DNA of 64,000 nucleotides from Halorussus marinus. GTDB taxonomy: Archaea > Halobacteriota > Halobacteria > Halobacteriales > Haladaptataceae. A model generated the notes under the pieces. It did not search any database. It was not told the DNA's origin and worked only from the letters and a program-made list of their open reading frames with translations. The stretch lies in assembly GCF_004765795.1 (NCBI RefSeq), contig NZ_SBIV01000002.1, forward strand, positions 310,001 to 374,000. Reading direction: 5' to 3'. Below, piece by piece: positions 1-8,515 of this stretch; the stretch's first letter is position 1, and each line of letters starts with the position of its first letter. Both the position numbers and the translations under genes were made by a program.

Positions 1-16
1 ACCCCAGAGGCCGACG

Positions 17-907
17 ATGACTCCCGCTCCGGACGTGATCGCGCTCGCGCTGGTACCGGCGGTGTTGTGGGGGTTCAGTCCGATCGTCTCCAAGCGCGGC
101 ATGGCGGCCGGAGGCTCCTCGCTCCAGGCGTCGCTGGTGGTCGTCGCGGTCGATACCGCCATCTACTGGGTCGCGTTGCTCGCGCTTACCGGCGGCCGGC
201 CCGCGGCCGGCCTCTCGGCGGCGACGGTGGGCGTGTTCGCCGCGGCCGGGCTGGTCGGGACCGCGCTCGGACGGCTCGCGACGTTCACGGGCGTCGACAA
301 GGTCGGAGCGAGCGTCAACAGCGCGGGCATCAGCGCCCGGCCGCTGTTCGCGACCGTGCTCGCGTTCGCGTGGCTCGGCGAGCCCGTGACGCTCCCGACC
401 GCGCTCGGCATCCTCGTGCTGGTCGCGGGGCTGGTCTCGCTCGCGCTCGCGGAGGGCGGGGACATCGGCGGCTGGGAGCGCCGCGAACTCCTCTACCCGG
501 TGGCGGCCGCCGGGCTGTTCGCGTTCGGGAACGTCGTCCGGCGGTTCGGGCTGACGACGACGCCGGCGACCACCCTGCAGGCGGTCACGATCAACGAGAC
601 CGCGGCGCTGATCGGACTCGCGGCCTACGGTCTCGCGAAGGGCCGCCGGGACGTCTTCGGCGCGCCGCGCCGGACCTACGGCTACTTCGCGATCAGCGGG
701 ACCGTCACCGCGGTCGCGTTGCTCTCGCTGTTCGAGGCGTTCGACCGCGGGCCGGTCGCGATCGTCGACCCGCTGGCCGGGACCGCGCCCCTGTTCACCA
801 CCGTGTTCGCGGCGTTCCTGCTACGAGACCTAGAGCGGGTCACCCGCGGCGTGGTGGCGGGCGCGGTGCTGATCGTCGTGGGCGCTGGACTGATAACCGC
901 GCTGTAG
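17..907 (+). CDS. DMT/EamA-family transporter
   Basis: 296 aa, about 10 hydrophobic helices in two repeats, with EamA-like motifs (GVDKVGAS, PLFATVLAFAWLGE). Confidence 0.85.
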   Translation: MTPAPDVIALALVPAVLWGFSPIVSKRGMAAGGSSLQASLVVVAVDTAIYWVALLALTGGRPAAGLSAATVGVFAAAGLVGTALGRLATFTGVDKVGASVNSAGISARPLFATVLAFAWLGEPVTLPTALGILVLVAGLVSLALAEGGDIGGWERRELLYPVAAAGLFAFGNVVRRFGLTTTPATTLQAVTINETAALIGLAAYGLAKGRRDVFGAPRRTYGYFAISGTVTAVALLSLFEAFDRGPVAIVDPLAGTAPLFTTVFAAFLLRDLERVTRGVVAGAVLIVVGAGLITAL

Positions 908-914
908 CGACCGC

Positions 915-1094
915 CTACTGCGGTCGCCACCCGCAGACCGAACACTCGCTGGCCGCCGACTCGTGGAGTCCGCCACACTCCGGACACTGCTTTTTGTTAT
1001 AGTCCTGGTCCCAGCCGACGCTCTCGGTTTCGTGTCCGCGCTCGGAGAGGAACTGATCGAAGAGGTCGTCGTCGCCGGTCGGTGCGGTCGCCAT
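915..1094 (-). CDS. Small CPxCG-type zinc-finger protein, 59 aa
   Basis: ATG at 1094; MATAPTGDDDLFDQFL...KQCPECGG...CSVCGWRPQ; AT-rich TATA-like sequence about 25-30 bp upstream. Confidence 0.85.
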   Translation of the reverse strand: MATAPTGDDDLFDQFLSERGHETESVGWDQDYNKKQCPECGGLHESAASECSVCGWRPQ

Positions 1095-1381
1095 ACAGGG
1101 TGTGCTAACGCACACCACGCATATAACCGTATCGGTGTGACAACGTTCCAACTATATATACGCAACAGCTGATTTCTCCACAGATCGCACCTGTCACCGA
1201 TCGTAGGGCCGGCTTAATCGGCGTTTTCCGGCGAGATCAGGGCGTCGCAGTACAGGCGGCGAGCGAGACGCCGGCGGACGCCGCCGCGAGAAACGTCCGT
1301 CTGGCATACCCGCGGGGCTTCGCGCCGAGCCAATAGTATTTTTGACAAAATATTAAGCGGGGCCGCGGGAAAACGCCTTGT

Positions 1382-1957
1382 ATGCCCTCGCGAACGAACA
1401 CACCCGACTCGCCCGCTCGGAGACGAGTGCTCGCGACGGGGTCGCTCGCGCTGGTCGGCGGTGCTGGCTGTCTAGACTACGCGTCCGTCCGCGAGGCGGT
1501 CGACGCCGGGACCGAGCCGACCGACTCCGAAACCGAGACCGCCGACGGTGGAACCGAAACCGACTCCGCGAGCGAATCGACGGTCGACGGCCCGGGTGAT
1601 CGGTTTCGGATCGCTGTCTCGGAGAGCGACGGGGAACGCGAACTCCTCACGGGCGCGGACGTCGCGAGCGTCGGCGACGTCGAGCAATCGCGACAGGGCG
1701 GCTATCAGGTCCGGATGACGCTGACCGACGACGGGGCCGCGGCGTTCACCGACGGACTCGAACGTGCCGGCGCGTTCGACGACCCCGGCGCCCACGAGAT
1801 CCGCACCTACCTCGACGGCGAGCGCGTCCAGACCGCGACGTTGGGCCGCGACCTCGCCGCCGCCATGGCGGACGGCGAGTGGGACGGACGCCTGCTCGTT
1901 CGGGTGTCGGACCGCGAGGCCGCCGAGCGACTGAGAGACGCGGTCGAAAACGGGTGA
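1382..1957 (+). CDS. Tat-exported lipoprotein with SecDF P1-head-like domain
   Basis: RRR..LA twin-arginine motif, lipobox GAGC, acidic linker, then YQVRMTLTDDGAAAF...YLDGE resembling the SecD P1 head. Confidence 0.65.
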   Translation: MPSRTNTPDSPARRRVLATGSLALVGGAGCLDYASVREAVDAGTEPTDSETETADGGTETDSASESTVDGPGDRFRIAVSESDGERELLTGADVASVGDVEQSRQGGYQVRMTLTDDGAAAFTDGLERAGAFDDPGAHEIRTYLDGERVQTATLGRDLAAAMADGEWDGRLLVRVSDREAAERLRDAVENG

Positions 1958-1981
1958 ACCCGCGAGGGCGCTTGCCGGCGG

Positions 1982-3514
1982 CTACTGGTAGTCGTCGAGT
2001 TCGTAGAGGGCGCCGTACTTCGATTTGACGTAGTCGAGGAAGTAGTCGGCGGTGTAGCCCTCGCCGGTCGCCTGTCGGACGAGGTCGTCGGTGGTGTACC
2101 GCGAGCCGTGTCGGTGGACGTTCTCGGTCAGCCAGTCGTGGAGCGGTTCGAACTCGCCGGCCGCGATCTTCTCGTCGAGGCCGTCGATGTCGTCGGCGGC
2201 GCTGTCGTAGAGTTGGGCCGCGAGCACGCTCCCGAGCGAGTAGGTCGGGAAGTAGCCGAAGTCGCCGTGGCTCCAGTGGATGTCCTGCAGACAGCCCTCG
2301 GCGTCGGAGTCGGGGCGAACGCCCAGATACTCCTCGTACTTGTCGTTCCAGACCTCGGGCACGTCCTCGACGTCGAGGTCGCCCCGGACCAGGTCGCGTT
2401 CGATCTCGAACCGGACCACGATGTGCATGTGGTAGGTGAGCTCGTCGGCCTCGACCCGGATGAGGTTGTCCTCGTACACCTCGTTTGCGGCCTCGTAGAC
2501 GTCCTCGACCGACGCGTCGCCGAGTCGGTCGGGGAACCGATCCTGAACTTTGGGGAGGAACCGCTCCCAGAACGCCGCCGAGCGCCCGACGTGGTTCTCC
2601 CAGAGCCGCGACTGGGACTCGTGGACGGTCATGTCCCGGGACTCGCCCAGCGGCGTCCCGTACGCCTCGCGGGGGAGCCCGAGCGTGTAGGTGGCGTGGC
2701 CGAACTCGTGGATCGTGCTCATCAGCGCGCCCAGCGGGTCTTCCTCGTTGAACCGCGTGGTGACCCGGGCGTCGAACTGATTGCCCGTCGAGAACGGGTG
2801 GGGCGCGGTGTCGAGCCGGCCGTGGTCCCAGTCGTACCCCAGCGTGTCGAGCACGTCTCGGGTCAGCTCCTCCTGGACGTCGGTGTCGAACTCGCCCTCG
2901 AAGGTGTCGGTGGCGAGGTCGGCGTCGCTCTCCCGGACCGCCTCGACGAGCGGGACGAGCTCGTCGCGAAGTCGCTGGAGGACCTCCTCGGCGGTCTCGA
3001 CGCCGAGGTACGGCTCGTACTCCTCGAACAGCACCTCGTAGGGGTCTCGGTCGGGGTCGATGTGCTCGGCGTACTCGCGCTTGAGCTCGACCAGCTTCTC
3101 GAGGGTGGGCGCGAACGCCTCGAAGTCGTCGTCCTCGCGGGCCTCCTGCCAGACCGGCATCGCTTCCGAGGAGACCTCCGAGATCTCCTCGACGAGCTCC
3201 TGGGGCACCTTCGCCGCCCGGTCGTGCTTGCGCCGGATCTCCCGGACGACGGCCTCGCGCTCGGGGGCGAGCGACTCGGCTTCGAGCTCGTCGAGCAGGT
3301 CGGCCATCTCCTCGGACGTGAGCAGTTCGTGGCTCAGCGACGAGAGGGTCGAACGCTGTTTGGACCGGGCGGGCGTGCCGCCCTCGGGCATCATGACCTC
3401 CTGATCCCACGCGAGCACGCCGGCGGCCTGCCCGACGTTGCTGAGTCGCTGTACCTTCTCGATGAACTCGGTGTACGTCTCGGACGCCTCGTCTGTGGCG
3501 GCTTCGCTTGCCAT
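1982..3514 (-). CDS. Carboxypeptidase, family M32 (Taq-type)
   Basis: HPF, HEFGH, HESQS, IRVEADE and GYFPTY motifs. Confidence 0.95.
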   Translation of the reverse strand: MASEAATDEASETYTEFIEKVQRLSNVGQAAGVLAWDQEVMMPEGGTPARSKQRSTLSSLSHELLTSEEMADLLDELEAESLAPEREAVVREIRRKHDRAAKVPQELVEEISEVSSEAMPVWQEAREDDDFEAFAPTLEKLVELKREYAEHIDPDRDPYEVLFEEYEPYLGVETAEEVLQRLRDELVPLVEAVRESDADLATDTFEGEFDTDVQEELTRDVLDTLGYDWDHGRLDTAPHPFSTGNQFDARVTTRFNEEDPLGALMSTIHEFGHATYTLGLPREAYGTPLGESRDMTVHESQSRLWENHVGRSAAFWERFLPKVQDRFPDRLGDASVEDVYEAANEVYEDNLIRVEADELTYHMHIVVRFEIERDLVRGDLDVEDVPEVWNDKYEEYLGVRPDSDAEGCLQDIHWSHGDFGYFPTYSLGSVLAAQLYDSAADDIDGLDEKIAAGEFEPLHDWLTENVHRHGSRYTTDDLVRQATGEGYTADYFLDYVKSKYGALYELDDYQ

Positions 3515-3602
3515 CGACGCCGACTAGCGTGTCAGTAAATATCAAATCGGGGGTTCCGATCCGAAAGGCTCCGACCGACCGCGCCCCGGACCGCGCGTCC
3601 CG

Positions 3603-4682
3603 TTACGCCCCGAACCGCTCGGCCGCGTCCCGGTAGATCTCGTAGCACCGCTCCAGAACGGCGACGCTCGCGCTCTCGTCTTTCGTGTGGGCCTCGCCAG
3701 GCTCGGACGCGCCACAGACCACGCAGGTTGTGCCCGCCTCGTCGAGCCACCCCGCGTCGGTCGCGTGGGGTTTGGTCACCAGCTCGGGATCGTCGTCCTG
3801 CGCGCTCCGGGCGGCCGCGAGCACCGTCTCGGCGAACGCCTCGTCGTCGCACTCCATCGGCGGGAGGTCCTGCTCGACGGTCCACTCGACGCCCTCGATC
3901 GCCTCGACCCGTCCGAGGTCCGCGCGCTCGCCCGGGACGGTCCGCTCGTCGACGGTGACCTCGCAGGCTTCGGGGATCACGTTCCACCCGCTCCCGCCGT
4001 CGATCTCCGTGACCGCGAGGCTCCCGCTGACCCGCTCGCCGAACACCTCGGTCGCGGGGAACGACAGCTCTCGGATCTCGTCGACGGCGTCGGTGGCGCG
4101 GTAGATCGCGTTCTCGCCCGCCTCGGGCTCGCTGGCGTGGGCGGCCGCGCCCGCGGCGGTGACGACGCTCGCGCGCCGGCCCTTGTGGGCGACCGCCACG
4201 TCGGTGACTCCCGGCGCCGAGTAGCCGGTCGAGCCCTCGCCCACGATGGCGTAGTCGGGCGCGAAGCCGGCGTCGATGGCCCCGCGCGCGCCCTCGCCGC
4301 CGGTCTCCTCGCCGACGAAGCTGGCGAAGACGAGTTCGCCCGACGGAGTCCCATCCCTAAACGCGAGCATCGCGGCCGCGACCGCGCCCTTCATGTCGGC
4401 GGTCCCCCGGCCGTAGAGCCGACCGTCGCGCTCCTCGACGACGTACTCGCCGTCGGCGGTCGTCTGAGAGTCGGCCGGCGCCACCACGTCGTGGTGACCG
4501 ACCAGCGCGAGCGACGACTCGCCCGCGCCCTTGCGGGCGATCACGTTGCCGACGGCGTCGCGGGTCACGTCGGCGTCGGTCTCCTCGCGGAGCCACGCCT
4601 CGATGGCGTCGCCCGCCTCGGTCTCGTCGTCGTGGCTCGGGATTGTGACCAGTTCGCGGGTCAGGTCTGTGAGTTCGCTCAT
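3603..4682 (-). CDS. M20-family metallopeptidase (ArgE/DapE-like)
   Basis: GHHDVV, GRGTADMKG, GEE and C-terminal AH metal-binding motifs. Confidence 0.9.
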   Translation of the reverse strand: MSELTDLTRELVTIPSHDDETEAGDAIEAWLREETDADVTRDAVGNVIARKGAGESSLALVGHHDVVAPADSQTTADGEYVVEERDGRLYGRGTADMKGAVAAAMLAFRDGTPSGELVFASFVGEETGGEGARGAIDAGFAPDYAIVGEGSTGYSAPGVTDVAVAHKGRRASVVTAAGAAAHASEPEAGENAIYRATDAVDEIRELSFPATEVFGERVSGSLAVTEIDGGSGWNVIPEACEVTVDERTVPGERADLGRVEAIEGVEWTVEQDLPPMECDDEAFAETVLAAARSAQDDDPELVTKPHATDAGWLDEAGTTCVVCGASEPGEAHTKDESASVAVLERCYEIYRDAAERFGA

Positions 4683-4755
4683 GGCCGGAGCGTGGGCGCC
4701 CGCCGACTTGACTTCGAGGGAAGTGGCAGTCCGGTGGCTCGCGGTCGGGTCGCGG

Positions 4756-5055
4756 TCACCGCTCGTCGCCCGCCTCGGAGTCGTCGGCGCGCTCTTCGCG
4801 CTCGACGTCCCGGACCTGCGCCCGGAGTCGCTCCAGTTCGGACGCGGTCTCGCCCTCCGCGTCGGCGGCGAGCCGGTCGATCTGGGCCCGTATCTCTTCG
4901 AGCCGATCGGGGGACGCGCCGGGCGCCTCCTCGTCGGATTCCATCCCCGAGAGCGACCGCTCGATGGACTGGAGGCTCTGGCGCACCTCGCGGCTGGCGT
5001 CGGTCTCCTCGCGGATCCGGTAGATCTCGTCGTGGATCGCCTGTCGGTCGATCAC
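4756..5055 (-). CDS. Small acidic helical hypothetical protein (about 99 aa)
   Basis: GTG at 5055 preceded by GAGG; acidic, haloarchaeal codon usage. Confidence 0.65.
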   Translation of the reverse strand: MIDRQAIHDEIYRIREETDASREVRQSLQSIERSLSGMESDEEAPGASPDRLEEIRAQIDRLAADAEGETASELERLRAQVRDVEREERADDSEAGDER

Positions 5056-5266
5056 GCCCGACCTCGACGGCGCCCGGCCAAAAAGGCGTAGCGGCCCGAC
5101 CGGCTCGAACCAACAGACCGACCGTGACTTCGCCACGCTGGGGTACGGCGACGGCCGGCCGGTCGGGGCGGTCGCGCGCCATCGCCGGGCTGGAGGCGCT
5201 TGCCGGTCAGTTGCTCGTCGCGCTGGGGTGGTCGTGCTCACCGGACTGGACGCCTGGTCGGAGTAG

Positions 5267-5896
5267 CTACTCGTCGAGTTCCCGGGAGAGGTCCCGGCTC
5301 ACCCCCGACAGCCGGGAGTGGCCCCACGCCGCGACGATGATCGCGCCGACCTGATTGAACACGAGGTCGTAGATGATGTCGCTCATCCCGTACTGGGCCA
5401 GCACCGCCTCGCCGCCGACCATCCCCGAGACGAGCCCGGTGGTGAACTCCAGGATCTCCCAGAGAACGCCGAACGCCATCACGAACACGAACAGGAACAC
5501 GGAGACGAACTCCGGGGGGAACTCCACCGACTCCGAGTGGCGGTCGAACGCCGTGATGACGGCGTAGCCCACGCCCGCGACCACCGACGACGAGAGGGCG
5601 TGCGCGAACTGGTCGTACCACGGGAACCACTGGTAGACCCCGAGCGACCCGAGCGCGTGGACGAACACAGCGAGAGTGATCCAGAGCGCGAGCCCGGCGT
5701 CCATCGAGACGTGAGTGTCCCGGGCCAGCACCGCGGGCAGGAACGTGATCGCGAGCGGAACTCCGGCGTTGATCACGAGCCCGAACTTGGCCCGAAACAG
5801 GCTGTAGGCGACGATACCGGCGAGCCCGATCTGCAGGAGGTGGACGAGGTGCTGTTGGCGGCGCTCGCCGAGGCCGAACGCCTCGGTCAGGCTCAC
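5267..5896 (-). CDS. Membrane protein with H/D/E motifs (putative intramembrane metal-dependent hydrolase-like)
   Basis: GTG start overlapping the upstream stop (GTGA); several TM helices with HALG..WYDQFAH..WEILEF. Confidence 0.75.
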   Translation of the reverse strand: MSLTEAFGLGERRQQHLVHLLQIGLAGIVAYSLFRAKFGLVINAGVPLAITFLPAVLARDTHVSMDAGLALWITLAVFVHALGSLGVYQWFPWYDQFAHALSSSVVAGVGYAVITAFDRHSESVEFPPEFVSVFLFVFVMAFGVLWEILEFTTGLVSGMVGGEAVLAQYGMSDIIYDLVFNQVGAIIVAAWGHSRLSGVSRDLSRELDE

Positions 5897-6462
5897 GCCG
5901 ACCCACCCCCGGGCGACCGCCGGTGAAAGTACACCTCGAAGATCACGCCGGCGACGACCCCGGTCGCCGAGGCGAACACGAGGTCCCACATCAGCGCGTC
6001 TGGGGCCCCCAGAAACGCCGTCCCTAACAGCCGGTCGGCGTACCACTGGGCCACCGCCCACGTCCCGGCGGCCGCCATCGTGGTCATCACCACGAAGCCG
6101 ACCGCGAAGCTCGGCGTCATCTCGACGCCGGAGAAGGCGTCTAACTCGACCGCGAGCAGGAGCGCCAGCGCCGCCACCGAGAGATACGTCGCCACCTGCA
6201 ACAGCCGGCCGGTCGCGAGCGACCTGACCGCGACCGGCAACGCCACCAGGGCGACGACCTCCCACGGCGCCATCACCGCCCAGTCCCGCGAGAGTGCGGC
6301 GGGGGCCGCGACCAGCGCGACCGCCGCGACCGCGAACCCCGCCCACAGGATATCGGCGTCAAGCAGGTTCTCGCCGGCGGTGAGCGCCAGCACGCCGACC
6401 AGCGCCCACGCGACAGCAGCGTTGGTGCGGCCATCCGACAGCAACGAACTGCGAGTGCTCAT
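5893..6462 (-). CDS. Membrane protein, divergent paralogue-like partner of the downstream gene
   Basis: ATG 6462, 189 aa, multiple TM helices, translationally coupled to 5267-5896. Confidence 0.75.
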   Translation of the reverse strand: MSTRSSLLSDGRTNAAVAWALVGVLALTAGENLLDADILWAGFAVAAVALVAAPAALSRDWAVMAPWEVVALVALPVAVRSLATGRLLQVATYLSVAALALLLAVELDAFSGVEMTPSFAVGFVVMTTMAAAGTWAVAQWYADRLLGTAFLGAPDALMWDLVFASATGVVAGVIFEVYFHRRSPGGGSA

Positions 6463-6607
6463 ACGACGCGTTCGGCCTCCACTCACGTAAGCGATGAGGC
6501 ACGACCGGGCCACACGAGCGCCCGAGCGCGACCCACCCGGTGGCCGGGGATCGCCAAATCCCCGCGCGTTGAACATCCTTATCAGCGCGCCCGTCCAACG
6601 AGGAGAC

Positions 6608-8461
6608 ATGAACGTACTACCGGACACGAGCGTCGTCATCGACGGGCGCGTCTCCGAGCGCGTCTCGGACGGCGAGTTCGACGGCGCGACGGTCCTCATC
6701 CCGGAGGCGGTCGTCGCCGAGCTCGAGGCGCAGGCCAACCGGGGCCAAGACAGCGGGTGGGACGGGCTCGGCGAGCTCCAGCGGCTCGCGGACCTCGCCG
6801 ACGAGGGCGAGATCGACCTGGAGTACGTCGGCGACCGCCCCGACCCGGGCGAGGCCGACGCCGCAAGCGAGGGCGAGATCGACGCGCTCATCCGCGAACT
6901 CGCGGCCGAACGCGAGGCCACCTTCGTCACGAGCGACAGCGTCCAGAGCGAGGTCGCGCGGGCGAAGGGGCTCGACGTCGAGTACATCGCGCCCAAGACC
7001 CGCGAGATCGGGGACCTCTCGATCGAGGAGTTCTTCGACGACTCGACGATGAGCGTCCACCTCAAGGTCGGCGTCGAGCCGATGGCCAAGCGCGGCGACG
7101 TCGGCGAGATGGAGTACACCGCGATCGGCGAGGACGTCCTCGACGAGTCGACGCTCAAGGACCACGCCCAGGAGATAATCGAGAGCGCAAAGCAGAGCCC
7201 CGAGGGGTTCATCGAACTCGACGAGCGCGGGATGACGATCGTCCAGTTTCGGGACTACCGGATCGCGATCTCGGAGCCGCCGTTCTCGGACGCGTGGGAG
7301 ATCACCGCGGTCCGGCCGATCGTCAAGACCGACATGGAGGACTACGAGTTCGCCGCCGAGCTCAAAGACCGACTGCTCGACCACCAGCGCGGCGTCCTCG
7401 TCTCTGGGGCGCCCGGGGCAGGCAAGTCGACGTTCGCCCAGGCGGTCGGGGAGTTCCTCGCGGACCACGGCTTCGCGGTCAAGACGATGGAGAAACCCCG
7501 CGACCTCCAGGTCGGTCCCGAGATCACCCAGTACACCGAGCTCGCCGGCGAGATGGAGAAGACCGCCGACTCGCTTCTGATGGTCCGGCCCGACTACACC
7601 ATCTACGACGAGGTCCGGAAGACCGACGACTTCGAGGTGTTCTCGGACATGCGGCTCGCGGGCGTCGGGATGGTCGGGGTGGTCCACGCCACCCGCGCCA
7701 TCGACGCGCTCCAGCGGCTCATCGGTCGGGTCGAACTCGGGATGATCCCCCAGATCGTCGACACCGTCGTCTACATCGAGGCCGGGGAGGTCGAGAAGGT
7801 GTACGACGTCTCGACGCAGGTGAAGGTGCCCGAGGGGCTGATGGAGGAGGATCTGGCCCGCCCGGTGATCGTGATCGAGGACTTCGAGACCGGCCGGCCC
7901 GAGTACGAGATCTACACGTTCAATCGGCAGGTCGTCACCGTCCCGCTCAACGAGGGCGAGCGCGAGGAGAGCGGCGTCTCGAAGCTCGCGCGCCAGGAGA
8001 TCGAGCGCGAGATCCAGTCGGTCGCCCGCGGCCGGGTCGACGTCGAGGTGCAGGGCCAGAACCGCGCGACGGTGTACGTCAGCGACGACGACATCTCCTA
8101 CGTCATCGGGAAGGGCGGCGGCCGGATCGAGGACATCGAGAACCGACTCGGCATCGACATCGACGTCCGGACCCACGACGAGAAGCCCCAGTCGGTGTCC
8201 TCGTCGGGGACCGCCGGGGCCGGCGGCGCGGGCGGACCGCAGGGCAACGTCGTCACGCCGGAGATCACCTCCCGCCACATCGTCATCCCGACCGAGGGCC
8301 ACGCCGGCGAGACCGTCGAGGTGCAGGCCGACGGCGAGTACCTGTTCACCGCGACGGTCGGCCGCGGCGGCGACATTCAGGTCTCGCGGGGGAGCGCCAT
8401 CGCCGAGGAGCTAGAGCGAGCCATCGATCGGGAGCGCGCCATCACGGTGTCGGGCGCGTAG
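6608..8461 (+). CDS. PIN-domain ATPase with KH domain (PINA/PINc-VapC ATPase family)
   Basis: N-terminal PIN (LPDTSVVIDG), Walker A GAPGAGKS, YDEVR, KH motif VIGKGG; AGGAGA before the ATG. Confidence 0.92.
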   Translation: MNVLPDTSVVIDGRVSERVSDGEFDGATVLIPEAVVAELEAQANRGQDSGWDGLGELQRLADLADEGEIDLEYVGDRPDPGEADAASEGEIDALIRELAAEREATFVTSDSVQSEVARAKGLDVEYIAPKTREIGDLSIEEFFDDSTMSVHLKVGVEPMAKRGDVGEMEYTAIGEDVLDESTLKDHAQEIIESAKQSPEGFIELDERGMTIVQFRDYRIAISEPPFSDAWEITAVRPIVKTDMEDYEFAAELKDRLLDHQRGVLVSGAPGAGKSTFAQAVGEFLADHGFAVKTMEKPRDLQVGPEITQYTELAGEMEKTADSLLMVRPDYTIYDEVRKTDDFEVFSDMRLAGVGMVGVVHATRAIDALQRLIGRVELGMIPQIVDTVVYIEAGEVEKVYDVSTQVKVPEGLMEEDLARPVIVIEDFETGRPEYEIYTFNRQVVTVPLNEGEREESGVSKLARQEIEREIQSVARGRVDVEVQGQNRATVYVSDDDISYVIGKGGGRIEDIENRLGIDIDVRTHDEKPQSVSSSGTAGAGGAGGPQGNVVTPEITSRHIVIPTEGHAGETVEVQADGEYLFTATVGRGGDIQVSRGSAIAEELERAIDRERAITVSGA

Positions 8462-8515
8462 AGACGGTCGCGACCACGTCGTCACGTCTTCTCGAATCGC
8501 CGATTCGGAGCGCCG

